Assembly (NCBI GenBank): GCA_963824385.1
Contig: CAWGPD010000002.1
Location: 96,001-160,000 of the forward strand
Source: an uncultured Nitrososphaerota archaeon
Lineage (GTDB): Archaea > Thermoproteota > Nitrososphaeria > Nitrososphaerales > Nitrosopumilaceae
Reading direction: 5' to 3'
Length of the DNA: 64,000 nucleotides
Position 1 is the first letter of the stretch. Each line of letters starts with the position of its first letter. Position numbers and translations under genes: made by a program. Below are positions 53,873 to 64,000 of the stretch, in pieces. The notes beneath the pieces are model-generated. The model was not told the origin of the DNA. It saw nothing but the letters and a program-made list of their open reading frames with translations, and made no database searches.

Positions 53873-54934
53873 CTAAAGAACAAATTGGAATCTATTTTGT
53901 TTATATTTTTCAGAAAGTTTTCCTTCAATTGCTATTCTATTACCACAAAATTTACAGTTATTTTTATCATCAATATACCATCCTTGGATATCAAAACCAT
54001 ATCTTTTGACTACAATTTTCTTGCATTGAGGACAGTATGTGTTTTCAAGATGATGACCTGGAACATTTCCCAAATAGGCATAATTGAGTCCAATTTCCTT
54101 GGCAATTTCATAATGCCTCTCAAGTGTAGGTATTGGTGTTGACTCAAAGTCCATCATTTTGTAATCTGGATGAAATCTAAGAAAATGAATTGGCATATCA
54201 GGACCAAACTCGTCATAGATGAATTTACATAACTTTTTGGCATATTCTAAATTATCACCAACTTGTGGCACTACCAAGTCAGTTATTTCCACGTGAATCT
54301 TTGTTTTGTCGTTAATTTCCTTCAGGGTATCAAATATTGGTTGAGGATCAGGAATTCCAATATATTTTCGTGAAAATTGAGGTTCTGCATTTCCCTTAAA
54401 ATCTACTGTGATACAATCAAGAAATTCGTTCATCATGTTTACTGTCTCAGGAGTATCATAACCATTTGAGACAAATATGTTAAACAGTCCATTCTTTCTT
54501 GCAATTACTCCACAGTCTCGTGCAAACTCGATAAATACAGATGGCTCATTGTAAGTATACGCAATTCCATCAGCACCTGACTGTTTTGCTGAATCAACTA
54601 CTTCTTGAGGTGTCATATCAGTTCCTTCTATTTTTCTTCGTTGACTAATGTCATAATTTTGACAGTATTTGCATAACCAATTACAGCCAGTTGTAGCAAT
54701 AGAAAATATACTAGTACCAGGCATATAGTGAGTTACAGGTTTTTTTTCAATTGGATCTACATGACCAGCTATTACTTTACCATACGCAAGAAGATCTAGT
54801 CTTCCATTGTTATTTGCTCTAATTCCACATAAGCCAATCTGATTTTTTCCAATTTCGCAGTATCTAGCACATGCTGTACATCGAACCTTGTCATTAGGTA
54901 ATTTTTGGTAGAGAATTGCTTCCTTTGCCGTCAT
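53873..54934 (-). CDS. AmmeMemoRadiSam system radical SAM enzyme
   Basis: CTACARYC, DPIEKKP, CNWLCKYCQN (CX3CX2C), AYTYNEP, YLGNV..H..NTYCPQC. Confidence 0.9.
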   Translation of the reverse strand: MTAKEAILYQKLPNDKVRCTACARYCEIGKNQIGLCGIRANNNGRLDLLAYGKVIAGHVDPIEKKPVTHYMPGTSIFSIATTGCNWLCKYCQNYDISQRRKIEGTDMTPQEVVDSAKQSGADGIAYTYNEPSVFIEFARDCGVIARKNGLFNIFVSNGYDTPETVNMMNEFLDCITVDFKGNAEPQFSRKYIGIPDPQPIFDTLKEINDKTKIHVEITDLVVPQVGDNLEYAKKLCKFIYDEFGPDMPIHFLRFHPDYKMMDFESTPIPTLERHYEIAKEIGLNYAYLGNVPGHHLENTYCPQCKKIVVKRYGFDIQGWYIDDKNNCKFCGNRIAIEGKLSEKYKQNRFQFVL

Positions 54935-54952
54935 TATACATTACTCAATTTA

Positions 54953-57097
<2,145 letters not shown>

Positions 57098-57122
57098 AAT
57101 TTTATCACCAAAAAAAATAAAG

Positions 57123-57659
57123 TCATTCGACCGTCACCCTCTTTCCTTGCGGTCGATCCTCTTCATCGAGTCTGAACTTTACTTCCAATATTCCGTTAGA
57201 ATATGTTGCCTTTACAGAATCTTCGTCAACCTTTTGTTTTATTGGGATTTTTGTGTGATATTTTTTATCACCATTTTCTGCATCAAGATTTACAGTACGT
57301 CCTATGACTTCGATCTTGATGTCATTTTTTTCTACTCCAGGCATCTCTGCTACAATTTTGAGAATCTTCTCTTTTTTATCTACAATAACATCTACAAATG
57401 GTTCTCTTATCTCAGATGTTGGAAGTAGACCTGGTCTAACATTTCCATATTCCTTAACCACAGGTTTTCCGTCAGGTCCTACAGTCATTGAATAACCATA
57501 GTAGTAAGGACCAAATGTCTGTGTGTTATCAGAACTTTTCATGTCGTCCCAAATTGTATCTAGTCTTCTAAAAGGCTGCATCATTTTTTGGAAGAGATTG
57601 TCAAACCCATCCCAGTCAGTTATGTCATAGTTATGCATATAGTGTAATAGATATGACAT
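57123..57659 (-). CDS. hsp20: Archaeal Hsp20 (upstream of cdc48)
   Basis: [34 protein letters not shown]; true start may be the ATG at ~57638. Confidence 0.92.
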   Translation of the reverse strand: MSYLLHYMHNYDITDWDGFDNLFQKMMQPFRRLDTIWDDMKSSDNTQTFGPYYYGYSMTVGPDGKPVVKEYGNVRPGLLPTSEIREPFVDVIVDKKEKILKIVAEMPGVEKNDIKIEVIGRTVNLDAENGDKKYHTKIPIKQKVDEDSVKATYSNGILEVKFRLDEEDRPQGKRVTVE

Positions 57660-57731
57660 TATATAAATATTATGAATTAATGGATCATATAATTACATAA
57701 ATTAATATAATTAACAGTATCATATATCATC

Positions 57732-58394
57732 ATGCGAACTCCAAATCTTTCTGTTCCTGATGCAGTTAGAGAGATAATTACAAAAAATAGATCTATTTAT
57801 GATTGCATCAAGATGGGTTTGATAAATTATACATCACTTGCAATAAAACTCCAAAAAGAAGTCGAGTCATATGCAGGAGGACCAGTAAATCCCAATACAA
57901 TTGTAGTTGCAATCAAAAGATATGCTGATTCTTTTGAAAAAAAAGACGAGATGCAAAATGAAACAGTATTAAAAAATGCAAGACTTTCTCTGACTGATGG
58001 AATTGTTGACATAAAATTTTTCTCAGATGATTTTGAAATGAAAGATGCTGTAGATTTAATGGATAGATTTATGAGAATTGATCCAGATTACGAATTTTTT
58101 AGGTCTACTGACTCGTTTAGATTTTTAACAGAGGACATAAGTGATGTAAGAAAAATTTTAGAATCTTTATCATCACATAGAAATTCCTCACAAGCTGGAC
58201 TAGCAAAAATAACCATACATATTCCTGAAAATGAGCACAGTTCGGAGGTAGTTTCGTACGTATCAGAGATTTTACATGATAATGGAATCGAGCTTTTTAA
58301 TGCGTTCTTCGGACAAGACCATATAGTTGCAGTCTTGCATGAAAAGGATGCTGCAAAAGCATATCAAATTCTAAGAAGAGAGATCTCTCGTTAA
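57732..58394 (+). CDS. Conserved archaeal protein with C-terminal ACT-like domain
   Basis: GLINYTSLA...IVVAIKRY N-terminus; ACT-like C-terminus. Confidence 0.75.
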   Translation: MRTPNLSVPDAVREIITKNRSIYDCIKMGLINYTSLAIKLQKEVESYAGGPVNPNTIVVAIKRYADSFEKKDEMQNETVLKNARLSLTDGIVDIKFFSDDFEMKDAVDLMDRFMRIDPDYEFFRSTDSFRFLTEDISDVRKILESLSSHRNSSQAGLAKITIHIPENEHSSEVVSYVSEILHDNGIELFNAFFGQDHIVAVLHEKDAAKAYQILRREISR

Positions 58395-58413
58395 TAATAA
58401 CTGGAATAATCTT

Positions 58414-58734
58414 TTAAACGCCAATAGATTCTGCTTTTGTTACTTCTAGGAAGACTTTGTCTCCTACTCCAAGGTTTAGTTCTTTGTATTCGTGCATATC
58501 AAGCTTGATTGAAGTGACGTTACCAGGCTGCCCCATACCTCCTCCAGTCATCATCTTGTTGAGGTTTTTTACCATATCATCCATATTTGTAAAGCCCATT
58601 ACTCCTCCTGCACCAAAAGGTGATGCTGGCGTACTTTGTTCTCTGAAATCTTTGGATGTAGAAAGTGAGAGTATCACATATGGAGATCCATCTGGTGATG
58701 CATCTATTCGTGTGACAATATACTCTTTCTTCAT
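58414..58734 (-). CDS. Conserved hypothetical protein
   Basis: 106 aa; EYKELNLGVGDKV beta-barrel-like end. Confidence 0.7.
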   Translation of the reverse strand: MKKEYIVTRIDASPDGSPYVILSLSTSKDFREQSTPASPFGAGGVMGFTNMDDMVKNLNKMMTGGGMGQPGNVTSIKLDMHEYKELNLGVGDKVFLEVTKAESIGV

Positions 58735-58858
58735 ATCCTAGATTCTATAAAAGAGCATATTTTATCTTTCGCTCAAATGTTCTATTCTGCCAGAAAGGAA
58801 TTGATGACGTCTGGTAAAAATTACAATGACTTAATACAACTCAAACTTGCTATTTCTC

Positions 58859-59002
58859 ATGAAAACAACACTGATTATTGCAGGCATAATTGCAGCTGCA
58901 GCCGTTGCTGTCGTATTTTATATAAGAAGTAAGAAAAACAAGTCTTCACCAAAAATACAACCACAAACAAATACAACAAAACCAGATACAACTAAAGAAT
59001 AA
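58859..59002 (+). CDS. 47-aa single-TM protein
   Basis: MKTTLIIAGIIAAAAVAVVFYIRSKKNKSSPKIQPQTNTTKPDTTKE*; TTAATA upstream and a T-rich tract downstream. Confidence 0.6.
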   Translation: MKTTLIIAGIIAAAAVAVVFYIRSKKNKSSPKIQPQTNTTKPDTTKE

Positions 59003-59090
59003 CCGTATCTTGTATTTTTTATTTTAGATAATTTCTAGTAAATCAAGTGTAACATTAGTGAAATATATTGAAGATTAAAAAACTGCACTT

Positions 59091-59792
59091 GTGGGTAAGG
59101 TTTTTGCAGTAGGCGTTGGACCAGGATCGCCAAAATATGTGACTGAAATAGTAAAGGAAATAGTATTAAATTCTGATATTGTGATTGGCTACAAGTACAC
59201 TCTAAATACAATAGAGGCATTTTTGAAAAATAAAGAGATTCATGAAGTTACCATGAAAGACCAAGAGGATGCATATCAAAAAGTCTCAAAGACTCTAGGT
59301 AACAAGACATGCGTAATTCCTTTTACAGGAGATGTGAATTTCTCAGAATCCGAAGTAGTTGATAGATTAATTGAGATATTTGGAGATGTACAAATTATTC
59401 CAGGAATTAGTTCTATTCAAGTAGCCGCATCAAAGGCAAGAGTACCAATTGACAAAAGCAAGGTCATTACAATGCACATCTCTACAAGTATAGAGGAGAA
59501 GAAACTTGAGCTTCAAAAGGCGCTAATTGATGGGTTTAGTGTCATACTTGTACCTAGGCCCTGGCCAAAAGAGCCTTCAAAGCATTTTATGCAGTCAGAA
59601 ATAGCAACTTACTTGAAAGATCATGGTTTTGACACTGTAAATATGAAAGTACATGTCTTTGAGTTTTTAACTACTGATAAAGAGACACATTTTATTGGCA
59701 AAGTAAAAGATTTGGAAGGAAGACAGTTCTCTGATCTTTCTGTAATGGTCTTTGATCAGACAAAATTAGAATCTTACATTAATTTCAAATAA
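59091..59792 (+). CDS. cbiE: Cobalt-precorrin methyltransferase (CbiE-like)
   Basis: VGVGPGS, TGD, IPGISSIQVAASK, FSDLSVMV tetrapyrrole methylase motifs. Confidence 0.8.
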   Translation: MGKVFAVGVGPGSPKYVTEIVKEIVLNSDIVIGYKYTLNTIEAFLKNKEIHEVTMKDQEDAYQKVSKTLGNKTCVIPFTGDVNFSESEVVDRLIEIFGDVQIIPGISSIQVAASKARVPIDKSKVITMHISTSIEEKKLELQKALIDGFSVILVPRPWPKEPSKHFMQSEIATYLKDHGFDTVNMKVHVFEFLTTDKETHFIGKVKDLEGRQFSDLSVMVFDQTKLESYINFK

Positions 59793-59793
59793 T

Positions 59794-61481
59794 TTAACGA
59801 AGATTAGGTGTAGATGCACCAATTACATATGATTGTGTGTGAGGCATAGAAATTATCACTCCATTCATCCAGGTATATTGTGGATCATAAAATCGGATTA
59901 TTCCAGTATCGTTTATTATTGCTGTATATGTTTGACCTGGAGCAATTGGGCCACTTACAATCTTTCCGTCAGGTGTAAACGGATTGGTATTAGTCTGTGT
60001 ACTTACTCCACTAAGAATTGTGTGTGCTATAGAATCATTGTTGGTCCAAATGATTGGAGTACCAGGAACTACTTGTACAGTATCTGGATAATAGTATGAA
60101 TTGTATTGATTAGATTGTTGTTGTGTAGCCGTACCCTTTGATAATGATGAACCTAAAGTTATACTAATCTGAACTGGAGGTGCCAAAGTAATTGGGGTGG
60201 ATGACACAACAATTTCTCCATTTATCCAAGTAAATGAAGGATCAAAAATATTCAAAGTGCCAGTTTTTGAAATTGTAGACTATATAGAATTGTCCTGGAG
60301 CAATTATACCAGTATCAAATACTCCATCTGGAGTAAACCGAGGTTGGTTTACAGCAGCAGTTCCTCCCCTAGTTCCACCTTGAGCTGCACCTAGTATTTG
60401 ACCAGTTTCTAATTCATGTGCAATAGAATCATTGTTTGTAAATTCTAATGTTGTTCCAGAGGTTACTCGAAGTGATGAAGGTGATAAAAATTGTACATTA
60501 TTTTGATTAGATGCACCCTGAACTATATTCATCTGAACTATACTTGCTTGAGAAGATGAAGTTGGAGTTAAGGGTGATATCACTCCTACCATAAAGGGAT
60601 AGGTAGGGATCAAAGAAAGTAATATCGCCTAGTGTTTGAGATTGAGGAATATTATAGATCTGTGCAATTTTTTGAGATAGTCTACTAGTAGTATTAAAAG
60701 CAGTTATTGTATATTGAAATGATTGTTGTGGAGCTAAAATTCCACTATCAATTTTACCATCTGGGGTAAATACTGGAGTTGATTGGTTTCCAATGGTTGC
60801 TGAAGCTATGCCACTCATTATTCTATGAGGTACAACATCATTGTTAGTCCAAATTATTGTAGTGCCAGGAGCTACCTGTATACTTGATGGGTTAAAGTGA
60901 ACTTGATTATTTGGATCTGATCCATGATATACAATGCTTATACCTACTGTGTTTGAAGATGATTGTTGTCCTGGCATAGTTTGTGTAGTAGGAATTGTTG
61001 ATAGTGTTGTAGATTCGATATTAGATATCATTTCGGCACTAAAGCTTACTTTCATAGTTTCAGAACCAGTTATCTTACCTGTTATGGTATAGATGGAACC
61101 CTCTTGATCATTACTAATGATTCTTCCAAACAAATTTAGATGAATTACATTTCCATTTTGATCCTGTGCATCTCCTTTAATTACAAAATATTTCCCATCC
61201 CGTAAGATTGGGGTTTGCCAAACTCCTGAATTAAGATAATGAACATGTGCTATAGTAACAAGACCTGTATCAAGAGTAGATTGTATCGTAGTACCATTCA
61301 TGGGTCCTATTGTAAGTTGTAATGCCATATTAGAGTCAAGAATGGTTTGGTTACCTGAAAGATATCCTGTGGCCTTGATTACGTATTTGTCATTTGGAGA
61401 AAAATCAGAATATGCATTAGGTAACAATAGTACAGTAGTAAGTCCTGTAATTACCATTAGAAGGAGGAATACATTCTTCAT
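59794..61481 (-). CDS. Exported protein with three cupredoxin-like domains (frameshifts ~60607, ~60279)
   Basis: Signal peptide and three repeats of P..(I/L/V).V..GT....TNND...H....G...FTPDG....G..AP.Q across three overlapping ORFs. Confidence 0.82.
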
Positions 61482-61562
61482 TAGACTAGCTAATCTCTCG
61501 TTGCATATTTAATTACTGGGTATAATTTATCACACAATTAGGCAATTCCCGATTGATTGTTT

Positions 61563-62105
61563 TTACAAACTAGATTTTGAAGGACTAATGCTTGAACCAA
61601 ATTGTTGAATCATGGCATATTCAATGAATCCACCCGCAAGTAAGAGAGCCAAGGCAATTCCTATTTCTATACCAGTCTGTCTGAGTTCATTTTTTAGAGG
61701 TTTTCTTCGGATTATAGTATTTATCAGCAAAAAGCTTCTTGACATTCCAAGTGAATATGCGACAAGCTCCATTACACCAAAGGGGGACAGGTAAATCAGT
61801 GCTAATGGAGGAATTTTTGCTAGTGCCGGAGTTGTGGTTACCAGAGCTTCAAAGGCAACTCCTGTAGACCAAGCTGCAAATGCTCCCCAAGCAAGACCAA
61901 AACCTGGAATAAACATTGGCAATGCAACAGATGCATTATGTTCAAAAATTCCTATGGCATCAATTCCTTGAACTACTTTTTGAAAATCTTTAAGAAATGA
62001 TTTCGAGTCTTCATCAGATATTTTGCTTACACTCCCAATTGAATAAGATAATGAGAAAATTCCGATAAAAATTAAAAATACCAGAATTCTTCTATTTCTA
62101 AACAA
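61563..62105 (-). CDS. SpoIIM/DUF95-family membrane protein
   Basis: IFEHN, PFGVMELVAY, AGGFIE. Confidence 0.8.
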   Translation of the reverse strand: MFRNRRILVFLIFIGIFSLSYSIGSVSKISDEDSKSFLKDFQKVVQGIDAIGIFEHNASVALPMFIPGFGLAWGAFAAWSTGVAFEALVTTTPALAKIPPLALIYLSPFGVMELVAYSLGMSRSFLLINTIIRRKPLKNELRQTGIEIGIALALLLAGGFIEYAMIQQFGSSISPSKSSL

Positions 62106-62166
62106 TAATTCTTTTTTAAGAGAACTATATTTGAGGTTTGGCGGTTGGCACAGATTTAATTAAAAG

Positions 62167-63616
62167 TTGGATTATGAGACCTTGTTGAAAGAAGAGGTCT
62201 CATCTGCTATAACTTATGCACTAAGTAAAGGATTTCAGATTCATCCTGATGCGTTTAAGATACTAGAAAAGATCGATGTAAAAGAACTTCAAAATATAAT
62301 CAAACAAGTTGTACGAGAAAAATCTAAACAAAATATGTTTTTGATTAATCAAAGTGATCTTAAGATGTTTGTAGAATCGGAAATAGATGACAGTATTGAA
62401 AATGATCATGTTATTTTGTTTGATCCTACAAAAAAGGTCACATCTGCAGAAGGAATTGATGGTTTTACTGCATTATTTCGGAGTAGATATTCAAAACTGC
62501 TCAAAATTATGATGCAGCGTGCACAGTCAAAGAAACTGACTCCAATTTCAAACGTGACTAATGGCAAATTGGATGAAGAGACCTACATTGCAGGGCTGTT
62601 GATGGATAGAAGAATAGACAGAGATGTGACAAAACTAGTCATTGATGATCCAACAGGCTCTATAGAACTCTTAATTTTCAATAAGGAGATACAAGAAACT
62701 GCAAATTCTTTGCTAATTGACCAGTTTGTGATGATATCAATTGCAAGTGGAAAAAATGGAGGATTTTTTGTAAAAGAGATTCTAGTTCCTGACATACCTG
62801 AACATATAGCAAATCGCTCAAAGACTGAAACCTATGCTGTTTTGATCTCTGATTTACACGTAGGCAGTAAGTTCTTTATGGAAAAAGAGTTTACAGAGTT
62901 TGTTTCATGGCTTTCAAGTCCTGATCCAATAGCAAGAAAAGTCAGGTTTGTCCTAGTCGGCGGAGACATAATTGATGGAATTGGTATTTTTCCCAATCAG
63001 GACAAGGAACTCTTGCTGTTAGATGTCAACGAGCAGATGGCAAAGGCTACCGAGCTTTTAGACAAGATTCCAAAACACATCAAGGTATTCATCATTCCTG
63101 GAAACCATGACCCTGGAAGAAGAGCCTCTTCCACAGCCAGCAATTCCAGAAAAACATAACATGCATCTTTGGAATAGAGAGAACTTTTTCATGTTAGGCA
63201 ATCCTTCAATGCTTGAGTTAAATGGGGTTAAGATTTTGATGTTTCATGGACAAAGCCTTGATGATGTTGTAGGTAGCACTCCAGGGTTAAGTTATGCGCA
63301 GCCAGCAAAAGCCATGCGAGTTTTGCTCAAGACTAGACATTTGAGTCCAATATATGGCAAGAGGACACCAATCGCACCAGAATTAGAGGATTTAATGGTA
63401 ATATCTGATGTTCCAGATATCTATCATTCTGGACACATACATGTTGTTGATCTTGACATGTACAAAGGAACTTTGATTGTAAACTCTGGTGCGTGGCAAA
63501 GTCAGACTCCATTTCAGGCAAGTGTTGGAATTAGTCCAACACCTGGAATAGCTATTATTGTAAATCTTGCTACAATGAAGGTTTTTACAAAAGACTTTAC
63601 TGAAAATTCTAGCTAA
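62167..63616 (+). CDS. DNA polymerase D small (exonuclease) subunit DP1 (frameshift ~63125)
   Basis: OB fold, ISDLHVGS, GDIIDGIGIFP.Q, PGNHD, ALPQP, FHG.S, RHLSP.YG, HSGHIH. Confidence 0.95.
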
Positions 63617-63618
63617 GA

Positions 63619-64000
63619 TTACAAAATATCTTCCAAAGTTAGATCTTCTTTGAACGCTTTTTTTACAGTATCAGCATTTAATGTAAGATTGTATTTTTTT
63701 GTTCGTCCATGCATACCTTGATGAACAATTTTTCCTGTAATCAGTCCGGTCATCTCTATCTCACTTAGCATTTGTGTAATTCTACGTTGGGTAAGTTCTT
63801 TTTGTCTTGTAATTTTACAGAGGTTTTTGTATGAATGATATATCTCACCTGTAGTATTTCCACCTGCTTTCATTACTCCCAATATTAGCAATTTTTCATG
63901 TAATGGGTATGAATTTAGTGCTGTAGTCTCCTTGTCTTCTTCCATCTTAAGGGAGGCTCGTCGTATGTGATCTTCCTTTACTGTATCAGATTGTTCACGT
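63619..64000 (-). CDS. cdc6: Cdc6/Orc1 replication initiator, C-terminal winged-helix (partial)
   Basis: TTGEIY..Y..LC, LTQRRITQMLSE.E..GLI, GRTK. Frame is open to the window end. Confidence 0.9.
   Translation of the reverse strand, partial: REQSDTVKEDHIRRASLKMEEDKETTALNSYPLHEKLLILGVMKAGGNTTGEIYHSYKNLCKITRQKELTQRRITQMLSEIEMTGLITGKIVHQGMHGRTKKYNLTLNADTVKKAFKEDLTLEDIL

Noticed and set aside
58795..58880. Possible C/D-box sRNA (TTGATGA ... CTGA)
   Set aside because: No convincing D'/C' boxes or terminal stem, and the CTGA lies within a likely small ORF.
62106..64000. Replication origin next to cdc6
   Set aside because: Only the 3' end of cdc6 is in the window and no ORB-like repeats were seen; an origin would more likely lie upstream, beyond 64000.

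Overview
This is an AT-rich archaeal chromosome segment from an ammonia-oxidising thaumarchaeote (Nitrososphaeria). The K-E-C-F-A-B order of the A/V-ATPase operon and a standalone MtrA-like gene point to an acidophilic Nitrosotalea-like lineage (inference). Content is mostly housekeeping: ATPase operon, pyrH-HD-tmk, the archaeal CoA pathway (PoK-PPS-panB-coaBC), aCPSF1/psmB, egsA, cobalamin genes (bluB, cbiH, cbiE), tyrS, lysC, rpoL-tfs-pcn, hsp20-cdc48, PolD DP1 and the 3' end of cdc6/orc1. There are two tRNAs, Val(GAC) and Arg(CCT); the latter carries an 18-nt intron in its D-loop. I found no mobile element, CRISPR array or defence island. About 23 single-base frameshifts break genes, many of them essential, and roughly 18 sit in or beside the tetranucleotide AGCT, which suggests base-calling errors at a modified AGCT motif. 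Other highlights are a triple-cupredoxin protein whose Cu-binding Cys and second His are replaced in all three domains, an orphan MtrA-like protein, several operator-like palindromes and several small genes missing from the ORF track.
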